64,000 bases of DNA from Lama guanicoe. Lineage: Eukaryota. Numbering within the stretch: the first letter of the stretch is position 1; every line of letters starts with the position of its first letter. The stretch spans positions 3,336,161 through 3,400,160 of the forward strand of contig MU054323.1 of NCBI GenBank assembly GCA_013239625.1, read 5' to 3'. The notes beneath the pieces are model-generated. The model worked only from the letters and a program-made list of their open reading frames with translations. It made no database searches and was not told where the DNA came from. This document shows positions 1-12,460 of this stretch, one piece after another. The translations under genes were made by a program, and so were the position numbers.

Positions 1-1180
1 GCATGAATCTGGAGAATATTATGCTAAGTGAGAATAAGCCAGACAGAGAAAGACAAATACTATATGGTATCACTTATATGCTGAATTAAAAAAAAAAAAA
101 AAGACCAAACACATCGAACCAGAAAGTAGAATGGAACAGTGTGGCGATTCCTCAAAAGACTAGGAATAGACTTACCATATGACCCAGGAATCCCACTCCT
201 GGGCTTGTACCCAGAAGGAAATCTACTTCAGGATGACACCTGCACCCCAATGTTCATAGCAGCACTATTTACAATAGCCAAAACATGGAAACAACCTAAA
301 TGTCCATCAACAGGTGACTGGATAAAGAAGAAGTGGTATATTTATACAATGGAATACTACTCAGCCATAAAAACCGACAACATAATGCCATTTGCAGCAA
401 CATGGATGCTCCTAGAGAATGTCATTCTAAGTGAAGTAAGCCAGAAAGAGAAAGAAAAATACCATATGAGATCGCTCATATGTGGAATCTAAAAAACAAA
501 AACAAACAAACAAACAAAAACAAAGCATAAATACAGGACAGAAATAGACTCATGGACAGAGAATACAGACTTGTGGTTACCGGGGGGGGGGAGTAGAGGG
601 TGGGAAGGGATAGACTGGGATTTCAAAATTGTAGAATAGATAAACAAGATTACACTGTATAGCACAGGGAAATATACACAAAATGTTATGATAAATCACA
701 GAGAAAAAAATGTGACAATGAGTGTGTATATGTCCATGAATGACTGAAAAATTGTGCTGAACACTGGAATTTGACACAACACTGTAAAATGAGTATGAAT
801 CAATAAAAATGTAAAAAAAAAAAGAAAAAAAAAAGAAAGTAGAATGGTGGTTTGCAGGGGCTGGGGGAGCAAGTGGGGAAAAGGGGAGATAAAGGTCAAA
901 TGTTATAAACTTTCAGTTACAAGATGAATAACTTCTGAGGGTCTAATGTACAGTATAGTGACTACGGTTAATAATATGCTACTGTATACTTGAATTTGCT
1001 AAAAGAATAGATTTTAAGCATTCTCACCACACGGGGAAAAGATTGTAGCTATGTGAGGTGATGGATGGGGTTATTAACTTGATTGTGGAAATCATTTCAC
1101 AATGCGTATTTATGTCAAATCATCATGTTGTACACTTTAAAACTACACAATGTTATTTGTTAATTATACCTTAATAAAGC
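1..1180 (+). mobile_element. Old L1 3' end (L1MA9-like), interrupted at 135-833 by a younger L1
   Basis: ORF2-end and 3' UTR motifs (atgctaagtga..ataagccagacagagaaagacaaatac; ctatgtgaggtgatggat; aataaagctgg at ~1173). Confidence 0.8.
135..833 (+). mobile_element. Young 5'-truncated lineage-specific L1 (ORF2 C-terminus, 3' UTR, poly(A))
   Basis: ORF 139..492 is an uninterrupted L1 ORF2 C-terminus (LPYDPGIPLLG..CTPMFIAALFTIAKTWKQPKCPS..WYIYTMEYYSAIK); AATAAA at 802-807; A tail; 14-bp TSD agaaagtagaatgg at 121-134 and 834-847. Confidence 0.92.
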
Positions 1181-2014
1181 TGGGGGCGGAATCATGCCTA
1201 AATGGCCAATTATTTTTTCTACAGAAGAACACATTCCTGATTTTAGGATGAAAATCAGTGGGGAAATGAGGTTCACTTAGAAGTCTCTCGCTGTGTAGCC
1301 ATTTTTGATGGAGTACACGTGCTCCATTAAGTGAGGGAACTTCACCAGATTAATTTGATTTACTGCCCCTGCGTTCCCTGAAGCACGTGGTGGCGGGTAG
1401 ATGTGGGCTGTGAGAGTCTGGCGGGATGTATAAAATCTTCTCAGGAGCCAAAGGCCGTTTAGTTTTCATGGCTTAGTTTGCTGGGGCTGCCTGGCAGATC
1501 CTGATGCAAACCTCAGCTGCACGGAGCAGGCTTAAAACCTGGACATGTGCAGGCCAGAGATTGGGCTGGGACAAGCCATAAATTGACGAGTTCCCCATAG
1601 ACCACCCTGCCACTTCCTCTGTGCTGGCAAAAGTTTTGTCATCTTGGTTGTGGTGACTGCCTTGGTTGTTGGTATGCCAAGGGGCACAGGAGGCCTGGAT
1701 CCTCTGTGGCTCCAAATACCGCAGGACTCCTGGAGACGGGCAGAAATCACTGGAGCACGAAGTGTGCAGAATCCAGGGTGCAGGGGGGCTCACAGCTGAT
1801 GCCCATTGAGGACCCAGTTATCCAACACAGCTCCCCGCTCCTAGTGCCAGATGTCTTACACTTCACCTATATTTCAGAGTCGGCTGGGGCAGGAGATGTC
1901 TTTGAAGACAAGGGAGGTTTAAAAAACCCCTCCTAATAGGCTGGGTGTGCCCTGCTATACAGCAGGAGGAAAGACTGATAATAAATCCCCTCCCCTTTTT
2001 CTGTGTGTGAGGGG

Positions 2015-2595
2015 ATAAAACACACATTACATTTACCATTTTAACCCTTTTTAGTTTTACGACTCTAGAATTTTGTAAAATTCTACAAAAATTACAATGT
2101 AGCATTGAATATATTCACAATGTTGTACAAACATCACCACGGTCCATTTCCAGAACTTTTTAATCATCCCAAATAGAAAACTTGTACCCATTAAATAAGA
2201 ACGCCCCAATCCTCCCTCCCTCAGGCCCTGGTAACCTCTATTCTACTTTTCGTCTCTACAAATTCGCCTACACTAGGTACCTCGTATAAGTGGAGTTGTT
2301 TAGTATGTGTCCTTTTGTGTCTGGTTTATTTCACTTAAACATGTTTTCAAAGTTCATCCATGTTGTGGCATATATCAGAGTTTCCTTCCTTTTTAAAGCT
2401 GGAAAATATTTCATTATATAGATAAACCACATTTTGTTTATCCATGCCTCTGTCAGTGGGCATTTGGGTTGTTTCCAGCTTTTGGCTCTTGTGAGTAACG
2501 GGGCTATGAACGTGGGTGTGCAAATATCCCTACTTTCAATCTTTTAGATGTGTAAACTGATGTGGGATTGCTGGATCCTATGGTAATTCTAGTTT
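2015..2595 (-). mobile_element. L1MB-type 3' end fragment
   Basis: Antisense L1 3' UTR/ORF2 motifs (cattttaacc..ttccagaacttttt..aagttcatccatgttgt..ggattgctggatcctatggtaattct). Confidence 0.75.
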
Positions 2596-2645
2596 CTTTC
2601 TTTCTTTTTCTTTTTCTTTTTCTTTCTTTTTTTTTTTTTTTTTTT
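2593..2645. repeat. (TTTC)n/poly-T tract
   Basis: Pure pyrimidine low-complexity run. Confidence 0.9.
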
Positions 2646-3634
2646 GGAAGGTTTAAGATGAGGTGAGAGAGAAGATACAAAAGAGACATTTTGGAAAAAG
2701 AAAATAAACTTACAAGAGAAACATTTTAGGATTACCAGGTTGTGTTGCATGATCATTTGAGGTCTGCGGTCATGAATGTAAAATGAAAATCACCTCCAGA
2801 AACTGTGCGTGTGTTTACATGACTGGTATCTAGCATTCTGTCTGTATTATTTAGCCACTTGTTGTTGCTACTTCCAACTTGCTGTACACGCAGTATTCCG
2901 TGGCATCGAGGCACCGGAGTTTACGTAATCATTCCCCTGGTGACAGACAGCTAGATCATTTCCAATTCTTCGCTGTGATAAGAGAAGGCTGCAGGAAGGA
3001 CCCTTTACCTGCTGCCTCAGGCACACAGGACTGTTTCTCTGAGGATGAATCAGGAAGCATGTTACTGGGTCATAAGGTAAGTGCATTTTAAAGCATAACA
3101 GTTGCTTCAGTTGCCCTCCAAAGTGATTCTACCAATTTATACTCCCACCAACAGAATATGAGAATACCCCCATCTTCACCAGCCCTAGACCCATCAAACT
3201 TTCTCTTTTGCTTGTCTGATAGAATAAAAAGTTTTATTTTAATTTACATTTCTTTTACATTTTTATTTTAATTTACATTTATTTTATTATTGGAAATATT
3301 ACATATCATAGGTTCCCGGAGCATTTGAATTTCTCCTTCTGTGAATTGTCCTTTCATAACCTTTAACCTGTTTCTTTGTGCCTTGTTTACTTTTTCATAC
3401 TGATTTAAAATAGATACATATTTTGAATATGAATATGTGTATACTGTAACTATTGCAAAGGTTTTTCTTAGCTGGTTGCTTGCTTTCAGTTTTGTTTATG
3501 GTGTCCTTTGCTGTGGTTGAATTAATTGACATCTTCTTTCATGGCTTTTGTGTTGTTGTTTTATTTCATAAGCTTTCCCTGTCATAAATCCATGAAAGTA
3601 GTATCTTATATTTTCTTTTAATTCTTTTGTAGTT

Positions 3635-5357
3635 GTTTTAGTTGAGCTTTTTAATCTTGAGATAATTGTAGATTTACATGCAGTTCAAAGAAATAATACA
3701 GAGAGATCTCGTGTGCCCTTTTTTTTTAACCCAGTTTTCTCCAGTGGTAACATCTTGCAAAACTATAGTACAATATCACAACCAGGATATCGACCTTAAT
3801 GTAGTCAAGATATAGAATAATTCCCTCACTACAAAAAGCCCCGTGTTGCCCCTTTATAGCCATATCCGTTTCTTTCTTCCCCTCCCCACCCCACTGCCAC
3901 CCTATCCTTAATTCTGGCAGTGGCTAATCTGTTCTCCATTTCTATAATTCTGTCCTTTCCAGAATGTTCAATAAATAGACTCATCCAGTGTGTAACCTTT
4001 TGGGATTGGCTTTCTTCACACGGCATAATTCCCTGGAGATTCATTTCAGTTGTTTTATGTACCAATAATGTATTCCTTTTTTTAAAAAAAAGTATGTGTG
4101 TATTTATTTTAATGGAGGTACTAGGAATTGAACTTAAGACCTCATGCATTCTAGGCATGAGCCCTGCCCCTGAGCTATACCACCCCCAGTTTGTTCCTTT
4201 TTCATTGCCGAGTCGTATTCCCTGGTGCATCCGCACCCCTTCCTCGTGAGTTTAACCGTTACTCTGTTGAAGAACATCTGGGTTGTTTCCCACTTGGAGC
4301 TGTTACAAATAAAGTTGCTATGAACATCTGTGTACAGATTGTTCAAAAGCACAATTGTTAGGTCGAATGATAGTTGCATGTTTAGTTGTTTAAGAAACTG
4401 TCACGCTGTTTTCTGACGGCTATCCCATTTTACACTCCCACCTGCAAAGTGTAAGTGATCCAGTTGCTTCCCACCCTGGTCAGCAGGTGATGTAGTCACT
4501 ATTTTTTATTTTAGCTGCCTTGATAGAAGTGTAGTGATGTCTTGTGTGGTTTTAATGGGCATTTCCCTAATGGCTAAGGATGTTGAACATCGTTTCGTGT
4601 GCTTAATTACCACAAATATATTCTCTACGGTGAAATGTCTGTTCATGTCTTGTGCCCATTTTTGAATTATTTTTTTTTTACTGTTCAGTTCTGATATGGC
4701 TTTATATATTCTACATACTAGTCCTTTGTGAGATAAGTGTTTTACAGACATTTTCTCCCAGTCTTTAGTTTATCCTTTCCCCCTTAATGGGTCTTTCACA
4801 AAGCAAAAGATCTTACTTTTGATGAAGTCCAATTCATCAGTTTTTTTCTTTTATGGATAGTGCTTTTGGTGTCATGGCTAAGAACTCTGCTTAGCCCAAG
4901 AGCCCAGAGACTCTTCTGCCATCATTTTTCCTAAAAGTTTTATAGTTTTGTGGTTCACATTTAAGTTTGTGACCCATTTTGAGTTAATTTTTGGGTAAGG
5001 TGTGGGGTTTAGGTCAAGGTTATATTTCTGGCCCAAGGATGTCCAGTTTTTCCAGCCCCATTTGTCTCAAAGACTCCCCTTCCTCTGCTGGATTGCTGTT
5101 ACACCTTTGTCACAATCTGTTGGGCATTCCTGTGTGGGTCTGTTTCTAGATTCTCTGTTCTGTTCCATTGATCCGTGTGTCTGTCCCTCTGTCAGCACCA
5201 CACACAGCCTTAATTACCATAGCTGTAGAATGTCTTAGAAATTGGGTAGACTGATTCTCACTATATTTTTTCTTCTACAAAATTGTTTTAACAATTCTAG
5301 TTCCTTTGTATTTTCACCTAAATTTTAGAATAATTTATTTCTATCAAAAAATTTTAT
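3635..5357 (-). mobile_element. L1MC1/2-like 3' fragment
   Basis: Characteristic 3' end (gagataattgtagatttacatgcag..ggtaacatcttgcaaaactatagtacaatatcacaaccaggat); ORF2 remnant KWAQDMNRHFT..KRCSTSLAIREMPIKTT in ORF 4506..4751. Confidence 0.8.
4101..4187 (-). mobile_element. tRNA-Ala-derived camelid SINE (vic-1 type)
   Basis: Minus strand GGGGGTGGTATAGCTCAGGGGCAGGG...GAGGTCTTAAGTTCAATTCCTAGTACCTCCATTAAAATAAATA; A- and B-box remnants. Confidence 0.8.
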
Positions 5358-5789
5358 TTATTTCACAAGCTTTCTCTATCCCAAAACCATAAAAATAATC
5401 TCATATTTTCCTAGTTCTTTTTGTAGTTAAAAAAAAGTTATGTTCTTTAAGTAGAGTTTTTTTTGTTATGAATGGTGCAAAGTAGGGATTAAACTTGATT
5501 TTCATTTTTTGCTGTCATTTCTCCCAGTGTTTTCAATTAAATGTTTTTTCATTTATTTGAAATACCAACTTTATCATATGCTTAATTCTTATATATTCAA
5601 GGGTCTGTTTCTGCACTCACTGTTTTATTCCATTGGTCTATTTGTCTATTTATTCCTACATTGCTTTTAATTCATAAGCTTCATAACATATTTTGATATC
5701 TGGAAAGATAAGGTCTCCTTCTCTGTTCTTCCTTTTCAGAATAGTCTTTTCTTATGTATTTTTCTTCCATGTGAATAATAACACTGTCA

Positions 5790-5911
5790 GGTGTTTTAAA
5801 ACACATATTTATTTTTTACTTTTATTTTTTAATGGAGGTACTGGGGATGGAATCCAGGACCTTGTGCATGCTAAGCGTGCACTCTACCACTCAGCTATAC
5901 CCACCTCCCCC
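5790..5911 (-). mobile_element. tRNA-Ala-derived camelid SINE (vic-1 type) with 13-bp TSD
   Basis: Minus strand GGGGAGGTGGGTATAGCTGAGTGGTAGAGTGCACGCTTAGCATGCACAAGGTCCTGG...AGTACCTCCATTAAAAAA; TSD aataacactgtca at 5777-5789 and 5912-5924. Confidence 0.88.
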
Positions 5912-7459
5912 AATAACACTGTCAATTTTAATTAGAAATTTTAAGAGATGGTTACTGGCATTGTGCTGACTTTATAGATAATTTCCACAATAGGTATCTT
6001 CATAATATTGAGGTTTCTTGATACAGTATATATACCTCTTTATTGGGACTTCTTTTATATCCATTATTAAGTTTTATGGTTTTCTTCTTGTAAGCCTCTG
6101 ACATTTGTTTTTAGGACTGGTCCTAAAAAATTCGTGAGTTCTAAAGTATCGGGAAGAGGACCTTTTTTCACATGTATTTTCAAATTTGTCGCTATTGTAT
6201 AGGAACAAAGCCTTTTCACATGGATGCCCCCATAGGGTACTCATCAGAACCTTTTTATGGAAGAAGAGACTTGGAGCTCAGAGAGGGAAGCCTGGGGCCA
6301 AATGCAAGTTCTCTGTCCCCTAAATGCCAGGCACATCCCGGAAGACTTTGGAATGGAGGGGAGGGGCGACCACAGGCTCCTTTCACTTACTGAGTGGGAA
6401 CCCAGCAGACAGTTGTGTTAAACAGGATGTCCCTGTTGATGAAGATCCAAAAAGACCACGCAGCATCCTCTCTCCATCACCACCGTAACTGCTACGTTCC
6501 CCGCTTCTTCGCAGCTTGCCTCTCAGAGGCCAGGCCAGCACTTCTACCTGGCTCTGTGACCAAGGTCATGATCACTGAAAAGTTAAAGGGTCGTTATACC
6601 ATAGAACTGATAGTGAGGGCCGGCCGCTGCCTGGTCCCTGAGGACAAGATGAGAGGTGAGAGGTGAGTATGGAGGACCTGACGTGCAGGGTTAAAACCAA
6701 AGTCCTGGCTTGGGCAGCAAAGGGGTCAAGAATAAGGAGAGCAGCCCTCACGTCCCGGGGTGCAGGATGTCACCCTCTATGGGGAGGCAGGCTTGCAACA
6801 GGAGTTGAGGGCCCTGGCCAGCGGTCTGTGAAGTAGCTACATATAAGCTGGGGTGGGGGCTGGAATGATCTGGGAGCCTGGGAGGCAAGAATGCTCTTTG
6901 TCCACTTCTGTGGCTTGGAAGTGGGCTGGGGGAGCTTAATTGTGTGTGTGACTCGTGGCTTCTCTGTTTCTATGTGTATCTCACTCAGGATTCATCGTGG
7001 TATCGGTAAGAGTTCCAGCCCATCTCAGCTGAGTCAGGAGCTCAGGAGAAAGAGCATCAGAGGGGTATATCCTGGGGGCCAGTGTAGAGGTGTCAGTGGG
7101 AAGCAGACAGAGTTCCTCAGAGGGAAGGAATGCTGGGGGCTAGAATCCACCTGCTCTTCCTCCCCTGAAATACTTAGTTTCAGTTGCACCATGCAAATTC
7201 AGAGTTTCATTAGGAAGTTCTTAGCTTTGTGGCCACAGCTATTTTCTCATCTGAAAAGTAGGTGTGATAATTCTACAAAGTTATTTCCCGAACTGTAGAA
7301 TGCTTATCACTGGAGACTTTGAGTGGTATAATAGATTATTTTACATAGTAAGTTGACATAGATTTAAATAATGAGAAATTACATGGTGAGAATTTTTTCT
7401 TTTTTATTTTCTCCACCCAATTCTTCTGATTATATCAGAACAAAGTCTCTGATACTTGT

Positions 7460-7700
7460 ACAAGTTGGGATGCTTTGGGTGCAATAATAGTACATTCAAA
7501 TTGAAAGTAGATAAAACAACGAGGAAAATGTATTATCTAACATAATTTTTCAGGAGAAGACACTTTAAGGGAAGTCCAGCAACTCAAGGAAGTCATCAAA
7601 GATCCAAGTTTTTTCCATCTTTCCTCATCCTCTTCATCTTACTGGCTTGGTCCTTAGGCATATTCCCTCATAGCTACAAAATGGCTGCCACTGCACCAGT
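7460..7700. mobile_element. MLT1 (MaLR) LTR fragment
   Basis: Motifs gtcatcaaagatccaagtt..ccatct and aaaatggctgccactgcaccag resemble old MLT1J/K LTRs (from memory). Confidence 0.5.
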
Positions 7701-8020
7701 ATGTGTATGCATCTATGATTTTATTTAAAGATATTAAGAGTATTTTAAATCAGTATTTACTTGTTTGTTTGCTTTAAGATAAATACAAAATAAATTTTAT
7801 TTACATGAAATTCAGGTAAAATAACCATCTTAAAGCGAACCATTCAGCAGTTGATAATATGGTGCAACCATCATCTCTATCTAATTCCAAAACTTTTTGT
7901 TTCACTGTGGTAATGGTGAGGTTTAAATGAAAGAACACATTCAAAGGCTCAGCCCAGCTCCTGGAACACAGAAAGGGCTCTCTCAAAGACGTGTGACAAT
8001 AACTGTGGTTCCCTTCAAGT

Positions 8021-8220
8021 TAAGGTTGCCAGATTCAACAAATAAAATCACAGGATGCCAAGTTAAATTTGAATTTCAGATAAACAACGAATGATTTTCT
8101 TTTTAGCACAAGTATGCCCCATGCAATATTTGAGACATAATTGGACTAAAAAAAATTTCTCGTTGCTTAACAGAAATTCAAATTTAACTGGAGCCACCTG
8201 TGTTTTATCTGGCACTTCTA
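8021..8220. mobile_element. MER53 palindromic non-autonomous DNA transposon (near full length)
   Basis: Termini taaggttgccaga / tctggcacttcta; perfect 17-bp inverted arms agttaaatttgaatttc (8061-8077) and gaaattcaaatttaact (8173-8189). Confidence 0.88.
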
Positions 8221-8758
8221 CTCACATGCACTTTGCCTGGAATGAGGAGGAGCTGGGACATAGTTTAGGGACCCTGGGATCCCCTCTGCCAGGGAGTTGT
8301 GTAGAAGATAATCAGGGAAGTTGGCAGTTCCGTGGGAGGCTGGAGAAGCCACGTCTGGGGACAGCTTCCACTCTCTGCCCCCACCACCCCAGGATAGCCA
8401 CCTGGGCTCTCTAGCCCCCTGCTTCCCCATCTGCCAATGGCTGTGATGTGGGAGGGACCAAGGAGAGTTGCTGGAGCAGCATATTACAGACAGAAAGGAT
8501 CTTATGAACACACAGGAGTCTGCTCTGTGACTTTAAAGGCTTACTGCAGGGACCTGGGCCCATAAACACTCAGATGAAGAGGTTTTATGAGTGTTGGGGC
8601 TGCACTCGTCCCTCTCTCCCCATCCCCTCTCCCTGTCTGTGCTGAGCAGGGCCAGGGAATCTCTTCTGACCATAGAAGGGCATAAGCCTGGGCCATGTGC
8701 TCCTGAGGCACAGGGGACCCTGGATATGTCATCTACCTTTCTCCATCCTCTCTGGCCT

Positions 8759-8768
8759 ACACACACAG

Positions 8769-8800
<32 letters not shown>

Positions 8801-8815
8801 ACACACACACACACA
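8759..8815. repeat. (CA)n microsatellite, interrupted
   Basis: About 28 CA units with GA interruptions. Confidence 0.95.
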
Positions 8816-11800
8816 GAGGCAACTACACAACGTATGCCTCGTCACTTCTATTTGCTGACTCAGCTCTTTTGGAGGGGGCGGGTCTTCCAATGGAGAGTTT
8901 CAAGCAATTATCTACATCTCTGGGTTGACAGACCCGCCCTTTGGCCGTTCCCAGAAATCTGCCCAGCAGCCAGGCAGGGAGACGTTGTCAACTACCTGGG
9001 CCTAAATCGTGACCCCTCTGCCACAGCACCTCTGTACTTTATGGCAGACCCGACTAAGACTCTCCTGCTCTCCTGACACTGCCTCCCAGTTATGGGCTGA
9101 GAGAGTTGGATTTCAATGGCTTCACTCCAGACGGCCGGATAATATCACAATCTTTAGGGAGAAAAGCCTCAAAAATCTGTGGATGCCCACGGCAGGCCAA
9201 TGGCGGCTGTGATTCACACTAAGCCAAGAAGAGGGATTCATGAGCCTAGAGTGTCTTCTATGTGTCCCATGGCATTGATCAGCCCCATTACTCACACCAC
9301 AGACCAGGGTGACACAGCCACCGTCTAGAGCTTACTCACACTCGCTTGTCCCCTCCGTGTCTGATGTGGGGGTGGGGCAGGGGTGTGTCTTTCCCAGACA
9401 GATTGGGCCCCCCCACCCCCTAGGCAGAGAGATCCTCTTCTTCCTTTGTGGCTCCGTGGAGATACAATGAGTGCACAGTGGTAGCTGCTTGCCCTGCCTG
9501 GAGCATCTGTCTGCGCACACTTCGTTCCTACGGTGCGTGTGTGTGTTGTGTGTGCATCCAACACCCCATGTCTAGCCCCCACATCTGCTGTTATGGTCTT
9601 ATTATTATTGCACACCTTACTCTCTGTCCATCAGGCTCATACAGAGGGACCTGGAGCAAACCCAAGCAGTCCCTTATTTCAGGGTCATGTCCGCCCGCCC
9701 ATCAGAGGCCTCGGTGGGAAGGAGCTTCTGCTGCGGCAGCTTTGCTCCATCTCCTTGACCCTCTTGTTCTGGGGGGACTTCACAGGGCCCTACTCTCGCA
9801 GGTCACAGGGAGCAAGCTCCTCCCACTCAGCCCCTCTCTTCTGTCCTCTTGTGTGGTCACTCAGCATCTTCTCTCTTCTCCCTTCTGGCAGGACACTGAC
9901 CCTTTGTCCCCGACCACTGGCTTGTGTTGTCAGCTATTCTGCTCCATCTATTCTCACTCAAAATGTGCCCTGAGGGAAGGAGCTGACTGCAGACCCCACA
10001 GACGTGGGTCTCCAAGATAAATGGTCCACTCATTTGCCATCATAAGCCACCTATCAGCCTACAGCCAGTGTGGAATTATGCTGAGTCGCTCTCTTCCTCT
10101 TCGCCTTGAGTTTAATGCCCCACTTTTTACCCTGGCATGGTTATGTGCCAGGGATACAGGTGTTTGCCAGGCCCAGAAAGCAGGGTGAGAGCAGCGTGGA
10201 AAGAAAGAGAAAATCCCATCTCATGACATGAGGACACGTGGGCACAGTGGGCCCCATTGGCCTGCCCAGTGAGTCTTGCCCGGTCTCCTGGGCCTGGGCA
10301 TGAGTTACCGACTCCAGCTGCAGTGGGGGAGGATGCTCCGAAAGCTCCTGCATTCCAGCACTGAAGAGGGCGCAGGAGGCAGGATCACTGTGGTTTGTGG
10401 CCAGCGCTGGACTGAGAGATAAAGCCCTTCCCTGCTTGTAAACCCACTTCACCCTCCTGATTACTCTGTGGCAATTCCAGGCAGCAGGTAGGCAGAAACG
10501 AAGGGCCCCATGGAACCAAGAAAGCTCCTACAGGACCTGTTCTGTTGAGATGACCCCAATTCCTGCCATCAGGTCAGCACCCTGAGGGGAGGTTGGGGGC
10601 CCTGGTGCTCATCGTCTGGGGCATGCCGGCAGGAGGGAGGGCCCCGGGAGGGCTGTCAGCCACAGGCCGGGGGACATCAGCTTCCTTGCTCCCTTGCTTC
10701 CTTTGCAACTAAGAAACCCCAGAGTGAATGCTGATTCCAGGCAATCAACTTGCACTTGGGCTGCACCAGTTATGGACCACACCCTGTTCCCACGGAGGTG
10801 CAGTCCCTGTCTCCAGAGCATGTGGCTCCAGGGCCCTTCCAGAGTGGGTGTGGACACGGAGATGTGGCTGTGACACACAGCACAAAGCTGACCTGCCTTT
10901 CCATCAGGGTAGCTGTGATATCAGGTCTCCAGACATGTTCTTGTGTCAAGGATTGAGGGGATAAAAAAAGAGAGATGTGCATGTGTTAGAGTCGTGGCCT
11001 CCACAGTGGGGACTGCTCCAGCTGCTGGGCACCCCTCCATCAGCCCAGCCCTGGGCCTGACAGGCTGCTTTTATGTTGATAGTTAACATTTTATAGATAT
11101 TTCTCCTGCAGCAAGTTAAATCGCATATGCTCGGGCAGACATCCAGGCCCAGGGCAGGCAGGCGGATGGAGCGGCCGGGCCCTGAGGCTCTGGCGGGCAG
11201 GCCTTCCTGCTGTAAAGCTCTGTGTCTAATAGGAAACGCAGGCTGGGGGTGGGGTGCGAGGCAGCCTGGGTTGCTTCCTTTATGGTCTAAGAGCCTTGGA
11301 GGACTCAGCCTTTTCTTGGGTAGTGTCTGCACGTGGATTCTAAGTTCTGGATCTGGGCAAACCCTCTTCTGGGAAAATAGCAGTCACAGCTGATATCAGA
11401 CTGTGGCTTGTCTGGCCAGCTGGGCAGGAAGATGGAGAACCTCACCCACCAGCTGGGACAGGGAAGGGGCTGGAGGCAGCTGACTGAGCAGGCAGTGGGC
11501 GGGGAGCTGGCGGGAGCCCCAGCCATGGGACCCCATCCTATGGGACTGGCAGTGCTGGGCAGGTTATTGCCAGGGGATTTGGTCCTGGACTATGGGGCAC
11601 CACACATGACAGGTCCTTCAAACTCGGCCTGAGGTGAGAGTGCTGCCCTGGGTCTTCTCTCCCCACAGGGAGGGCGAGGGTGGGGCTGGGGGCTCCCACC
11701 CTGGTCCTTCAGCCATCAGCACAACAAGCATCAGCGGGGCCATTTCACCTCACGGCCACCCCCTGCCCTGGTCCTGGGCTGCTCAGTGAGATGCTCAGAG

Positions 11801-12460
11801 ACCTTCAACACACATTGATTGGACACTTCACTCATGCCAGCCTGTGTATTATGTTCTAGGTATACAAAATGAGTAAAGTACAGGGCCCTCCCTGGAGGAC
11901 TTCCTGCTTATGAGGGAGTGGGGGCAGCAAATAGACGTGTGATGGTTCAGGGATAACAGGCTGCACAGAGGGAGCCTCTGGCCTCGGGGTGAAGGCATAG
12001 ACCCCAAATGGTGGAAGGGCAGGCTGTGGATCCCGCAGGGACCACAATCACCCAGCCCAGTCTTGCCCACTGCTCCCAGAGCCTCCTCAGTGTCCCCAGC
12101 CCTTCCTGGGAACTGCGTGGTGGCCAACAGCCAACAGGAAAAAGAATACCCTTCCTATAGGTGCTTCCCTGGCAGGGCCTGTTTCTGGTCCCGGGACACA
12201 CCCCCCTCCAAGGGATCAGACTATTGGCTGGCTTGGGGTGACTCAACCTCTGCACCTCCAGAAAACCTGTGCGACTTAGCTTAACTAAACAGACCTTCCA
12301 TTAGGTAGTGACCAGGTTACCCTGTCACGTGACCAACAGTCATTCATACCAGCCCGATTTTCAGGTCACATATATTCAGTTTTATTGAGTGTCTACCATG
12401 TGGAAGGTATCCTTTGTGATAGGTGATACTTACAACTCCCTTTGAAGGTGGGCAGGGTGC

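Larger units (their letters stand above)
2850..6190 (-). mobile_element. Ancient degenerate L1 (L1ME-like), split by an L1MC-like insertion and SINEs
   Basis: T-rich antisense L1 remnants on both sides of 3635-5357; decayed ORF2 motif LPYDP in ORF 2868..3086. Confidence 0.6.

Noticed and set aside
139..492. 117-aa ORF as a host gene
   Set aside because: It is the C-terminus of L1 ORF2 in a 5'-truncated insertion, with no promoter or ATG.
2593..2645. Orphan poly(A) tail of a retrocopy
   Set aside because: Lies where the antisense L1MB sequence has an internal T run; no TSD or retrocopy body is evident, so simple-repeat expansion is more likely.
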